From positions 14,453,771 to 14,517,770 of the forward strand of contig JASCQW010000128.1 of NCBI GenBank assembly GCA_030264375.1: a stretch of 64,000 bases of DNA, in the 5' to 3' direction. Positions within the stretch are counted from its first letter, which is position 1; every line of letters starts with the position of its first letter. Under the pieces are notes generated by a model. The model was not told where the DNA came from. It made no database searches and saw only the letters and a program-made list of their open reading frames with translations. This DNA is from Carcharhinus longimanus (Eukaryota). The translations under genes and the position numbers were made by a program. Shown one piece after another: positions 24,873 to 37,600 of the stretch.

Positions 24873-26089
24873 TTTGTCTGTAAAATTCCCCACCAACTCC
24901 TGGCCACCTGGCTGGATTGCCGAGGGGAATCTTAAAAGGAGAGATCAGCATTCCCACTTGAAACAGGCGCTTTATTAGAATATTACATCCTGAAACTTGA
25001 AGGGACAGCATTTTGAAATAGTATTTATTTATCCTGCACTTTAGTAATCTCCTTCTTAANNNNNNNNNNTCAACACTACTGTCTTCCCACCTGAGCTACT
25101 TCAGGCTTCACCTTTCTAAGCTCTGCTCTATTCAGCCACATTACACAGAGGCGATCAAGGCTACAAGGATTCGAGAAGCGGAAACAAAAGGGATGCAGTT
25201 GGCCGAAATGTGAGAACCTGAAGTCCACACCTCGCAACAAGAGACGAAACATGCTGGCAGCATTTCACTCAGAATAACGGGGAAGCAGCCAGTGGGAGCA
25301 GAGCCACATGAGAGCTGATTTGTTTTTTAATGAACTTAATTTTCAGTCAGGTAACTGGAAATTCTCTCGCTCACCTCTGGCCTGTTCCTGGCTACCAGCT
25401 CTCTACTTCTATGACTCCCTTGACAGGCCACTGTGATGTGGGGGTGAAATCATGGCCTTGAACCCACATCCTACCGTTCCAACAGCACACTGAAGCACCA
25501 GTGCATTCGTCCTGCTGTGTTCATTCAACTGTATTCGTTGATAGCTTTGTATAATAATTTATTGGTGATTAAAATGTTGCTGAACTGAAACACAGTTATG
25601 AACTACTAACTAAATGTACAAAACCTTTGGGAGTTCAGTACATTAACCAGATTCTTTTGGGGTGCTGTTAGTCCTCAAAATACACCCAGAAGTGGCCTTG
25701 ACATAAGCTAATTAAAACAAGTTGTTTTGTTACTGTTTAAGTCATTCATTATTAATTATTTTCTCCTGTGGATTTTTTTTTGTTTGCTTTACAGTGCATG
25801 AATCTTGCTGGTTTGTAGTTGTTCATTTAAAAAATAAGTAAATGTCAACAGTGGAAACTTTACTCTGAAGGTATGTTCTTTATTCAAGAGTTGAAAAACC
25901 TCTCAGTGTGTAAGAAATGTTTCATAAACTTCATTAAGTTTTTCTTTCACCTTATTCTTCTGCCATGTACTGTGATTAAAGTTCTATGGGTGCTGACAAG
26001 TCCTCTGGTACCTTCTGAAACTGGTCAATATTTGAAGAGGCCATTCAGCTCAATGCTAACTTAATTCAATGTTCTTTTCATCCACTTTG

Positions 26090-26705
26090 CTTACACAAGC
26101 TCTCTTTCATTTACCATATTCACTTTCTGACTCTCTTCACTCTCACAGACTTGCTTTCTCTCTTGCTATCTCACACACAGTCCAATTTCTTCCTCTCCAT
26201 CTACCGCTATCTCTCCCTGAGCACCTTCCCACACATTCTTCACTTTCTTTCTCTGCACATTCACACACACTCACTTTCTCTCTCAGACTCCGTAGCTGGA
26301 ATTTTTTGGTGCAGCCAGCAGCGGTGTCAGTACGGCCAGGACCAGAAAATTTGTAGAACAGCCAAATGTCCATTGACTTTAGGTGGGAATTTCTGATTTT
26401 GCCACTGTCTGGATTGGAACATCCTGGCCTTCGTATTCTCCCCTTCTGCTTCCTCTCTCAGTTTTGCTGTCTCCCACTGTATTCAAATAGTCTTGTTATC
26501 TCTCCCTTTGCACTCCCATGCATGCTCTTCCTTTTCTCTTTTTGCACTCACACTCATTTCACTTTCTCTCCCTCAGACATGTCAGCTTCTCTATCTCTCA
26601 TACTCTTCATTTTCTCTACTTTCTCCACACTCTCTCTTTCTATCCTTCTGATGCTCTCACACGTGCTCTCTCATGCTCTGCTCTCTCAAACTCCCTTTCT
26701 ATCTC
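26090..26705. repeat. CT/CA-rich low-complexity tract with a short MITE-like insert (~26293-26429)
   Basis: Pyrimidine-rich ctctc/cacac runs; insert bounded by gctggaattt...aacatcctggcc. Confidence 0.7.
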
Positions 26706-27987
26706 AGGTGCAGTTTCTTTGACCTCAGCGGAGGAACTAAATTAAATAATTACCAACAAGATTTCACCTTTTGTAAGTTTGATTTTAACATGAATCAGAA
26801 CCAGTGCAACTTAAACATGAATTAACTGGCAAATGGGGATTAAGGGTTATGGGGAGAAAGCAGGAAAGTGGAACTGAGCCACTTCAGATCAGCCATGATC
26901 TTATTGAATGGNNNNNNNNNNNNNNNNNNNNNNNNNNNNNNNNNNNNNNNNNNNNNNNNNNNNNNNNNNNNNNNNNNNNNNNNNNNNNNNNNNNNNNNNN
27001 NNNNNNNNNNNNNNNNNNNNNNNNNNNNNNNNNNNNNNNNNNNNNNNNNNNNNNNNNNNNNNNNNNNNNNNNNNNNNNNNNNNNNNNNNNNNNNNNNNNN
27101 NNNNNNNNNNNNNNNNNNNNNNNNNNNNNNNNNNNNNNNNNNNNNNNNNNNNNNNNNNNNNNNNNNNNNNNNNNNNNNNNNNNNNNNNNNNNNNNNNNNN
27201 NNNNNNNNNNNNNNNNNNNNNNNNNNNNNNNNNNNNNNNNNNNNNNNNNNNNNNNNNAACAAGAACAGAAAATGCTGGAAAATCTCAGCCGGTCTGACAG
27301 CATTTGTGGTGAGAGAATGGACCCAATGTTTCAAACCTGGATGACCCTTTGTCAGAGCTGGCTTCTTTCATAACCTCTTTGCTGTTGGTACTGCTTATAC
27401 GTCAATGGTTGCTAGGTCACGTGATCAGTATTTCTCCTTATCCAAGAAAATTATAACGGTTCAGTTTCCAATTGGTGCAAATGCTTAAAAGGTCTTTTCA
27501 AACATTCTTGGACACAGATTCCACAGACCTTTTTAAGAAATTACGAAATGTTCTTTACTGTACTGCCTCTGGATCAAAGGTCATTGCATAAGCTTCGTTT
27601 CTCTCACTTCACTCACTATTGTATGCGCCTCTGTCCTCTCTCAGATGTGTGCACAAATAAGGCAATTAGGACTGGAAGCTCTAGATGTTTTTTCTTTACC
27701 ACAACCCAATAACACTGAGATTAAGTATGGTGCTTTACCACCACTGACAGAGACCGGCTGGTTCACCTTGGACCTGCTGTGCAAATTTGTGTAGAACACT
27801 AACCAATGCAAATTATGTGCTGACTGTTCTGAGTGACCCTAAATGATATCTTTCACAATTTATCCCACAAAAATACATATATGTTACTTACCTAAAAGTT
27901 ATTCGTAGTGACAAATATTCTGGCAACTAAGTTATCAAATAAGTTTGCCCTGGCTTAACCTAGGAATCTTTTACAGGCTAATGTAAA

Positions 27988-28133
27988 CATGATAAATTGT
28001 CCCTTAGAGTCGGGGGGGATCAGGAAGGTAAATATGTGGGGTTACGGGGATAGGGTCTGGGTGGGATTGTTGTCAGTGCAAGCTCAATGGGCAGAATAGC
28101 CTCCTTCTGCGCGGTCGGCATTCTATGATTCTA
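27988..28133 (+). mobile_element. 3' half of HE1-like SINE
   Basis: taaattgtcccttag...gtggggttacggggatagggtctgggtgggattgttgtc...attctatgattcta. Confidence 0.8.
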
Positions 28134-28890
28134 CCCATCATTTATTTTTTAAGATTTGGGCATTTGCTGACATATGAAGAATTAGGCAGTAAATTAATTG
28201 TCAAAAACGTTTTGACACAAACTAGCTGCCTCTGTTTGTATGATGTTCGCAAATCCTGCAAAAGACACGTAAGTTGTTAGAAGATTATTTGTCTTTTTTA
28301 CACACCCCAGATGTGGAGAAAATAGCGATTTGTGCCACCAAAAGTCAAACCTTAAACTGTTAAAAGTGTTTCACAAAACCTCAGTATAACATAATGAAGC
28401 TGACACATAGTTTTGCTCATCAGTTGGATTTATTTTAATCGTTAAACAAATAAATTCTTCCTTCTTGTAAATCAACATTATTAACTCCGTTTCAAGAAGG
28501 CATTGAGGTCGAGCACAAAGAGCAAAAAATAATTCAATTGTTCCAATTCACCCCATCTGACCTCCCAGAGTAAGTGAAGGTAAGGATTTCTCATTTCATA
28601 ATGATGCCAGACTTGTTATGGGCAATAATCATTTGCCACATTAACCTTGAAAACTTCATGTGTTTGCTGAATGCTTACTGTTCACTGATACATCCCAGCC
28701 CCATAATGCTAGTTGCCAGTGTTTGTAAATGGAACTCATTCGTCACGCTATGCTCAGAAAGTCGTGAATTGTGCAGTTATGGGATGAGGTCCAATAAATC
28801 TGATCGGCAGAGTTGCCAACTTTTAGCCAAGTCAAAAGCTGAACAGTGAGTGAGAGTAAAAGTGAGAGCATGGTTTAAGCATTGCAACTT

Positions 28891-29167
28891 GGGTGGCACT
28901 GTTGCACAGTGGATAGCACTGTTGCCTCTCAGCGCCAGGGACCTGGGTTTGATTCCTGGCTTGGGTAACTGTGCGGANNNNNNNNNNNNNNNNNNNNNNN
29001 NNNNNNNNNNNNNNNNNNNNNNNNNNNNNNNNNNNNNNNNNNNNNNNNNNNNNNNNNNNNNNNNNNNNNNNNNNNNNGTGCAAACTCCACACAGTCACCC
29101 AAGCCAAAGGTGGCAAGCAAGTCCCTGGCGCTGTGTGACAGCAATGCTAACCACTGTGCCACCATGC
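28891..29167. mobile_element. Two oppositely oriented HE1 SINE heads on either side of a 100-N gap
   Basis: Plus-strand head 28891-28977 and minus-strand head 29078-29167. Confidence 0.75.
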
Positions 29168-29169
29168 AT

Positions 29170-29570
29170 GGAGAGACTGGAGAAGTTAGGATAGCTCTTT
29201 TTGCAGCACAGATAGTTGGGCAGAAATTTAATAGAGATAATCAAAATCATGATGGTATTGTTAGAGTGAATGAGGAAAAACTGTTTCCATTGGTAAAAGC
29301 AGAGGACAGAGTTTTAAAGTAATTTGTAAAAAAGCCGGAGATGAGTTGAAATGAAATGTATTCGCACAGGGAGCTATTATGCTCTAGAAAGCATTGTCTA
29401 TAAAGGTAGTGAGAGCAGATTCAATTGTGACTTTTAGAAAGGAATTAGATAAATACTTGAAAGGGAGAAAATTACAGAGTGATGGAATGAGAACGAGAGT
29501 GGGATTGATTTTTCATTGAACTGGCACAGGTGCCATGGTTCAAATGATTTCTTGTGTGGTAAGGTTTTAT
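29170..29570 (+). mobile_element. Old CR1 LINE 3' fragment
   Basis: ERLEKLG... and VNEEKLFPLV frame remnants; gaattagataaatacttgaaaggg. Confidence 0.65.
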
Positions 29571-30044
29571 AATGCAATATGAGAATGTGAAAAATTGTAA
29601 TTGAACGGAATGTTTTTGATTTGTTGTTGAGCTAATTTTGCAATTTAGAACACAATGTAAATTTGGATTACATCACTGTGACTTCCTCCCACTTATTGGT
29701 TGTTCCACACATAGTGAGCTGAATCTGTCAAGTGCTGAGCTGGAGAATAGAAATATGTTTAAAACATAAGGTTACTAAATAGAACTATAAGGTAATAGGC
29801 AAATTTGTTTAAGACATTGTCAACCCTTATCATAATTAATATTCTAACCAAGGATTTGCTGCAGGGTATCACTCAAAAACATTTGAAAAGAAGGCCCATT
29901 ATGCAGTCTAGTAAAGTGAAAGGCCATTTCTCCCTCTGCAATAAATGTTCCATCCCTTGTTGAGTCACTAACTCTTCTATTTCTAGAAGTCGCTATTTCT
30001 TATTTGTTTCCAGGACTCTCCCATTTCCCCTCTCCTTCTCACTT

Positions 30045-30770
30045 CTTGTAACAAAGAGGTCCTTCAGCCATCATGTCTGCATGTCTGTACCAACCATCAA
30101 GAACCTGTCTCTTTGAATCCCATTTTCTAGCACTTAGTCCATTTCTTTGTATGCTATGGCATTTCAAGTGCTCAACTAAATTCTCCTTAAATGTTGTGAG
30201 GATTCCTGCCTCTGTTACCCTTTCAGACAGTGAGTTCCAGATTCCCACCACCCATTGGATGACAAAGATTTTCCTCAAATCCCCTCTAAATCTGCTGCCT
30301 AGTGCCTTAAATCTATGCCCCACCTTTCTGGTTATTGACCCCCCTCTACTAAAGGGAAAAGTTTTTTACTATCTACCCTATCTCTGTCCCACATAATTTT
30401 GTGCACCTCGATCATGTCCCCCCTTAGCCTACTCTGCTCTAAGGAAAACAACCCCAGCCTCTCTTCATTGCTGAAATGCTCCAGCCCAGGCAACACTCTG
30501 ATGAATCTCCTCTGCATCCTTTTTAGTGCAAACACATCCTTCCTATAGTGGAGCAACCAGACCTGCACAGTACTCTGGTGATATAACGAGCATTCTATAT
30601 AGCTCCATCGTACATCCTATGTTCCGACTATCAAAAGCAAATATCCCACATGCTTTTTTAATCACCTTATCTGCCTGCCGTATGCCTTCAGGGATCTTTG
30701 GATGTGCACACCAAGGTCCCTTTGGTCCTCTGTACTTCCTAACATCCTACCATTCACTGTGTATTCCCTT
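30045..30770 (-). mobile_element. CR1 LINE 3' fragment
   Basis: ORFs 30332-30568 (LGLFSLEQSRLRGDMIEVHKIM) and 30039-30323 (GHRFK...FRGDLRKIF...VVGIWNSL). Confidence 0.9.
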
Positions 30771-32123
30771 GTCGTCTCTCCTTTTTTTTCACACTGCTTG
30801 CTTAGAGAGACATTCTCCAGCTTATATGGGTGTTTTTCTCTCTGTGTGCAGGATGGTCCTCCTTCATCCTTCCCTCTTGAGCTGTTCTGAGTGTTGATGT
30901 GAGCTCTTCTTGCTCAGTTGTTTTGCCTCAGGAATCAATGCTGCCGTGCATTGTTATGTGGGATCATCAGTTGGCAAAAAAAGCACGACTGCAGAATTAG
31001 GACTTCCAGGTATCAGTCTGCAAAAGAGACTCTATTTCTGAAGCAACAACATCAGCTTGGATCTAAAAGTGGCCTTGAGGAACGTATCAGGAAATACAAC
31101 GATGAAGGAACCGTCCTCTCCACAAAACAGGGTGAAAATTGCCAATATTTTGAGAGTAAGTTTAATGGTCAAAAACTTATAGGCAGTATACATCTGAGTT
31201 TCTGACTTGTGCTCCCAGCAAAGTGATTAAACTACCGCATTGTAAAATCAGAAATTAATTGCATTTTTTAACATGCACTTGAGGTCAGGATCTCACCTGC
31301 TTGTAATGCATCTGGAATCATAAACACAATGTCCACGAATTTCCATCCTACACATTTAATTTTAAAATTGTGGGAAGCAAAGAACAATAAAGTTGTTTGA
31401 GCATGTGACCCCAATATTTATATTCACTTGGCATATGTGTGTGTATTTTAACTTTGCTAGTCAAATAATCATCAGGGTTTTATTTTAAAGAGGTGGCAAA
31501 GGTCCTGCTGCTAGGCCAAAATTAAGTGGTTGCTGCCAGGGTCACCTTCCCTATTAGGGATGGCCCTCAAGAGCTGCTGGCCCAATCAAAGGATAGACAG
31601 CTCAGCAGCCTCCACAGCACCATCACTAGTTGTGGTCACTGCTGGAGCTGCATCTGGAGGATGAAGGTGTGTCAATAACCATGCACACTCAAAAGTAATG
31701 TGCTTGAGGTCTGGGTGAGTTTCACATCCTCGCAAGGACATTGGGTTACTGAGGCAGTACAGCATCATTGTTATGTAAGCAGCGGTTGCTGCTGAGAGCC
31801 TCCTTCAATGGACTAAAGAGTGCTCAAAAAAGAGGCAGCCAGAGACTGCTGGGAGGCACCAGGTTTCACATGGTGGTCTCTTCATGAAACAGTGGGCTCC
31901 CCAACAGCTGGCAAAATGCCAGGATGGGCAGAGTCAGCCGCGTTCGTGAAATTTGGGTGAATGGGCTATCTGCTGCCTTTTCCACCCCCAGCTAGAAAAA
32001 TGGCATGGTGATGGGAAGGCAACGGGCATGCCACCTATTGTCTTCCTGCACCATTTTCTCCACCTCCCAGTCTGTCCTTAAAGGGCTGGTAAAAATAAGT
32101 TGACGGAGAGTTTGAATGTTCTC

Positions 32124-32420
32124 CGATGGCACAGTGGTTATCACTACTGCTTCACAGTGCCAGGGACCTGGATTCAATTCCCAGCTTGGGTCACTATCTG
32201 TGCGGTGTCTGCATGTTCTCCCCATATCTGCATGGGTTTCATCCGGGAGCTGTTGTTTCCTCCCACGATCTGAAAGACGTGCTTGTTAGGTGCATTGGCC
32301 ATACTAAAATTCTCCCTCAGTGTACCCGAACAGGCACTGGAATGTGGTGATTAGGGGATTTCATAATAACTTCATTGTGGTATTAATGTAAGCCTACTTG
32401 TGACACTAATAAATAAACTT
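32124..32420 (+). mobile_element. Full-length HE1-like V-SINE, alternative tail
   Basis: gatggcacagtggttatcactactgc...ggattcaattccc...cttgtgacactaataaataaactt. Confidence 0.88.
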
Positions 32421-32619
32421 GTGGCTGGTTTATCTTGGTTGTTGCTTACTGAATACCTACGAAAATGGTTTATAACATGGGTGAAGAGAGTAATTTACGT
32501 GTATGGAGAGACCTTTGCATGAAGAAGCTGTCTTCAGGATCAATTTGACTGATCAGAATGATCACTCTTTGATCGCAATTGGAAAGCCCAGATAATAATG
32601 GCACCGTTCTAATTGTGAG

Positions 32620-32755
32620 TGAACCTATACCATATGGACTGCAGCAGTTCAAGAAAGTAGCTCACCAACATCTTCTCAAAGGGAGATAGGAATTGGCAAT
32701 AAATGTTTGTCTGGCTAATGATGACCAGAGCCCATAAAACGAATTGAAAAAATGT
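32620..32755 (+). mobile_element. LINE (CR1/L2 superclade) ORF2 C-terminus and 3' UTR
   Basis: Reads PIPYGLQQFKKVAHQHLLKGR*, then ggcaataaatg. The same family occurs on - at ~6280-6500, 9150-9265, 32865-33170, 42015-42180, 51659-52035 and 52960-53060. Confidence 0.65.
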
Positions 32756-33175
32756 GACTTACCTCCTGATGCCTCTTAACCTGTCACTTGACAAGGCACA
32801 AGTCAAAAGTGTTAAGAAATGCCCTCTACTTGTCTGGATGAATGCAGCTCCAACAATGCTTGGCTCTTGAGAAGGTCATAGTTGTGGTACTTTCTTGAAC
32901 TGGTCGGTGACACTCAGAGTGTCACCCGGTAACAGTTTGTTTGGAGGGGATCTTGCAGATGATGGTGTTTACATACAGTTGCTGCCCTTTTCTTTCAAGT
33001 TGGAAGAGGTTGAATGTTTGAAGGTGCTATCTAAACAGGCTGATGAGTTGCTGCAGTTACTCATGTAGATATGGTGTACATTGCTGCCAATTTGCATCGG
33101 TAGTGGGAGTGAATCTTTAAGGTGGTGAATGGAGTGTTGATCAAACGGGCTGCTTTGTTCTGGATAGTGTTGAGT

Positions 33176-33598
33176 TTAAAGTTTAAGATTATTTAGTAGT
33201 GTCACAAGTAGACTTACATTAACACTGCAATGAAGCTACTGTGAAAATCCCCTAGTCGCCACATTCCAGTGCCTGTTTGGGTACACTGATGGCGAATTTA
33301 GCATGGCCAATGCACATAACCAGCATGTGTTTCGGACTGTGGATGGAAACCGGAGCACCTGGAGGAAATGCACACAGACATAGGGAGAATGGGCAAGCTC
33401 CACACAGACAGTGACCCGAGGCTGGAATCAAATCCTGGCCCCTTGCACTGTGAGGCAAGGTGCATTGGCCATGCTAAATTCTCCCTCAGTATATCCAAAC
33501 AGGCACCAGAGTGTGGCGATTAGGGGATTTTCACCATAACTTCATTGCACTGTTAATGTAAGCCTACTTGTGACACAAGTAAAATTTTAACATTAAAC
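33176..33598. mobile_element. Fold-back SINE: minus-strand copy (33176-33457) joined directly to a plus-strand 3' half (33458-33598)
   Basis: ~140-bp arms 33180-33318 and 33458-33598 are reverse complements. Confidence 0.85.
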
Positions 33599-33800
33599 TC
33601 TAATATTAACCTCAGTAACTCATGTCCTCAGGTCATGAGGCATAGAAAATAAAAACAAAAATGATTGGTGAAGGCTCTCATTTCCAAATTTTCCAGAAAG
33701 ATGACTGGAAATTCAGCCTGTTCTTTCCATAAATCATAAAAAGAATCAAAATTCTTTCAAATGCCTCCACCTATCAATTTTACGTTCTGTATGAGTAAAC

Positions 33801-34215
33801 CATGGCTCAATGACCAGCACTTTCTGCTCTGACGCTTTAAGTTATGGGTTTGAGAACAAATTTAGGCTGCCACTACACTGCAGTACCAAGAGAATACTAT
33901 ACTGTTGGGAATGTTAAACTGAGATCCAGCACAGAGGGCAAGAAATAATTCAGTTGTTCTAATTCTAACCCCCACCCATCCTCCCAAAGTAATTAAAGGG
34001 GTAGATATCTGCCCCAGTGTCTCAGCCAATATTTGTATTAACTGACACCACAAAAGCACATTATCTGGTCTTTCCCTCATAACTGTATTGGGACCTTACT
34101 GTGCATAAATTGACTGCCACAGATTCCACATTACAACAATGATTCTGCTTCAAGAATAAATCATTGGTTGTAAAGTGTTTTGGGACATCCTGAGGTTGCG
34201 ATTGCACTTTTTTTC
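33801..34215 (+). mobile_element. SacSINE1/Deu-SINE-like element
   Basis: catggctcaatg...tgcagtacc...gttaaactgag...ttatctggtc...aaattgactgcc...ttggttgtaaagtgttttgggacatcctgagg. Confidence 0.7.
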
Positions 34216-35494
34216 TGTACTTTCCGGAGGTCATGGACAGAGCTAGATTGATCTTTACCTACTATTTGGATCTTCAGCTCGGTTTATGAGCTAAGAATTG
34301 ATCAGGTTCTGTTCAAAGGGAAAGGAATCAGAATTTTTCTTTTTCTGACCACTGTCTAAGTAGTGTATAATTTTTAATCTTCCATCCTGTTTTTTTTGGG
34401 AGGGGGTGCAGAGGGTGGGTCAGTGTAAACAGTGGTGAATTGCATAGCTTCAGCATGTTTCATACTTCACTATGTTGCTGTTCCCAGTGACTTGAATTTC
34501 AGATCTCTCTGCAGTCATACTCTTAATCATCTCAGCTGTGTTAGCTGCAATTACTGAAGATGCATTACTTCCTCCTGGAGGCAGAATTTAAAAAATAATG
34601 GTGAAACTCTAAACTACCATCGCTGGGGCTGAAGTGGTTACAGGGCACTAAAGCAAAAGAAACTCGAGCCTTCTGTTCTTTAGTGTGAGCCCAGTTTTCT
34701 TTGAAAGTAGTGGAGGCAAATGTTAGAAGTTTTGCATTAAATTTTTGGCCCCTCAGGTGAGTCGTTGCTGGAGGATATGTCATTGGCTGATACTACATTA
34801 GAGACACTCAGCGATTGGGTCAAAGTGACACAACCAACCCTTAAGGATGGAAACTGGATCCCCTTTTACTTAAGATGGGGAGCTGCACCTGGGTTAGTTC
34901 AGTCGGAGAACCTCCTTCTGAACAACTGACAATTTCGATGCATTATTGTGGTTGTGGACCCAAATGAAGAAAACCCATTTTCTTTGGAGTTGGAAAATAG
35001 CTGCGGTCACTCATTGGCATGCTGGTAACTCACTTCATTGATCAGCACTGTCCAAGCATTTTCTCCATTAAGCTGATCGTTTTAATAAATATCCGGAAGA
35101 CTCAAGTTATCCTCCTGAATTTTGGAGAGCCTTAGAGATTTCCTGGGAAGTCTCACACCTGATCTCTGCATGTACACAAAGATATATTGTGGGAAGCACT
35201 GCATTATTTGCTGGGACTGCAGAGAAATGGTGATAACTCTGGAAAGTCCTTACTGTCCTTAACTCAATGGGTGGGCTGACAGTGTCCATGGTGATTTCTT
35301 TTTGAAGAATGTTTGAACAATATAATATGATGATTGTGGCAAGAAACATACTGGATTTCCATTGTAACTTATCAGAATTAGCCATCAGTCTGACGGAATT
35401 GTACCTCATGGTATTGTGTTCCCTCCGTATATTGATGACCCGAAGAGTGCAGAATCGAGAGGGGAATAAAATTTGGAACTTTGCTTGGTCATAA

Positions 35495-36271
35495 TTTGAT
35501 TTTTGATTTGATTCATTATTGTCACATGTACTGGAATATGGGGAAAAGTATTGTTTCTTGCGCACTGTGCAGACAAAGCATACCATTCATAGAGTATGTA
35601 GGGGAGAAAGAAAGTAAAGGATGTAGAATATAGTGTTACACTCATAGCTAGGGTGCCAAGAAAACTCAGCTTAATATATGGTAAATCCATTCAAAAGTCT
35701 GATGGCAACAGGGAAGAAGCTGTTCTTCAGTCGGTTGGTACGTGACCTCAGACACTTGCATCTTCTTCCCGACAGGAAAAGGCGGAAGAGAGTATATCCT
35801 GGGTGCGTGGGGTCCTTGATTATACTGGCTGCTTTTCTGAGGCAGAAAGTGTAGGCAGAGTCAATGGATGGGAGGCTGGTTTGCATGATGGACTGGGCCA
35901 CACTCCCAATCCTTTGTAGTTTTTTGCGGTTTTGGGCAGAGCAGGAGCCATACCAAGCAGTGGTACATCTGGAAAGAATGCTTTCTATGGTGCATCTGTA
36001 AAAATTGGTGAAAGTCATGGACGACATACCAAATTGCTTAGCCTCTTGGGAAAGTAGAGGTGTTTGTGAGCTGTTTCACCCGATTCTCTATCTCTTCCCT
36101 GTACTTTGTCATCATTGTTTGAGACCTGACCTTTGGAAATGGAGTTGGAGCAGAATTTGGCCATCCAGTCATAAGTGTATAAGGAATTAATAAGGGTCTG
36201 AGGACACGGCCTTGCAGGGCACCAGTGTTAAGGATAATCGTGGAGGAGGTGTTGTTGCCTATCCTTACTGA
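35495..36271 (-). mobile_element. Rex1/Babar LINE 3' fragment
   Basis: ORF 35671-36027 FYRCTIESILSRCTTAWYGSCS...KDPTHPG...SGRR...RTNRLKNSFFPVAIRLLN; TCAAA tail. Confidence 0.9.
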
Positions 36272-36289
36272 TAAGGATCTGTAACTCTT

Positions 36290-36700
36290 ACTGGGATCAG
36301 GGTATGTTTGTCAGAGTAGAGTCCCTGATGGAGTGAATTGCACATAATGGGCTGAGTGTAATAGGGAGTGAGCCGGGAGTGGTGTGTGTTTAGCGCGGAA
36401 CTAGTAAACAACAGGGAAAATTAGGGATGGGGGTGGGGAGATAGTTAAATGACAAGGAAAGGTGGGGGAGCCTGCTAAATTACAAGGAAAGGCAGAGATG
36501 GGGGAATGGTGGTGTGCTGGAGTGCATAGTGGAAAATTATGGGTGCCTCTAAAGCTTGATGATTTAAGAAATGTTTTTAAAATGGTACAGTGGGCTGACC
36601 TGGGAACTAGCAATGCTATGCAATTCACACAGTTGGTGGTGGAGTGAAAGTGGAAAATATGAATATGTGAATGAACCATAAGCACGATCCAAAGAAACAA
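36290..36700 (-). mobile_element. Highly decayed Penelope-like GIY-YIG remnant
   Basis: Minus-strand FHFHSTTNCVNCI resembles the FTC.S.N.VYCI start of PLE endonucleases; weak. Confidence 0.35.
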
Positions 36701-36879
36701 TAACTACGTTCCAAGATCTCTCTATGGCTGTGTGCAAGTAGTGACTTCTGTATAGCTGTGTGTGAGGTGTGCAGGAGACTTTAATAATCTATCTATGTGA
36801 TTGAAATTCTGCTCTTCATATTTAGCAGACAGGACTACAAGTAATTGGAAGGTATAATGCAGCAATAAAAAAAGCACTG

Positions 36880-37600
36880 GTAGACCGAACCTTGAGTGTT
36901 GCATCGGTTGTGGGCACCACATCTTCAGGAAAGCTATATTAGCCTGGGAGGGAGTGCCGGGTAGATTTATTAAAACATGCACCGCAAGTAAATTATAGAG
37001 AGAGATTACAGAAATTAGGATTTGATTGATGTTTTCAAGATACGACGGAGAAATGGCAGGGTGGGTATGGATGGACTGTTGCTGCTGGTTGGGGAATCTT
37101 TAATTGGAGGAAATAGCCTCAAAATTGGAGCCATGTGTTTCAAGGGTGACCCAGAAGCAAAGTCTTGCACATGCTAGAAATCTGAAATAAAAACAGTATG
37201 TGATGAAAACACTGAACAGGTCAGGCAGCAGCTGTGGAGACAGAAAAAAATGTTAACGTTTCAGTTTGATGACTTTTTATGAAAATTGCAGTGCTGATGA
37301 AAACCTGAAGCACCAACTCTGTTTATCTCTCCACAGATGCTGCCAGACCTGTAGGGTGTTTCTGGCAGTCCCTGTTTTTCTTTCAGGAGTATTGTTAGGG
37401 AACACTTTTTACAAGTAATGAGCATTGAAGTTTGAGACTCTTTTCTGCAAACAGCAGTTGATGCGAGATCAATTTGGGAATTTTAAATCTGAGATTGATA
37501 TATTTCTATTAACCAGTGCTATTAAGGGATATGGGGCAAAGTTTACAAATTAGCAGTGTTCTCACTGAATGGTGGAACAGGTCTACTGAGTCCATTTTCG
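36880..37600 (+). mobile_element. Decayed CR1 3' fragment containing a nested hairpin element (37165-37387)
   Basis: agaccgaaccttgagtgttgc...ggcaccacatcttcaggaaag...; CR1 resumes after the insert (gttagggaacacttttt...ttaagggatatgggg). Confidence 0.7.
37165..37387. mobile_element. Palindromic short element (inverted Penelope-type ends) with decayed hammerhead cores
   Basis: caggtcaggcagcagctgtggagac...aacgtttcag versus ctgatgaaaacctgaag...ctccacagatgctgccagacctg. Relatives at 4105-4237, 5405-5510, 27258-27360, 40072-40287 and 55522-55580. Confidence 0.75.

Noticed and set aside
26804-27373. Long ORFs in the track here and at 51317, 55901 and 57301
   Set aside because: Their length comes from runs of N translated as X.
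34500-35490. Possible nested gene or pseudogene (ORFs 35107-35586 and 34565-34783)
   Set aside because: No recognisable protein motif; the longer ORF starts inside a Rex1 3' UTR.
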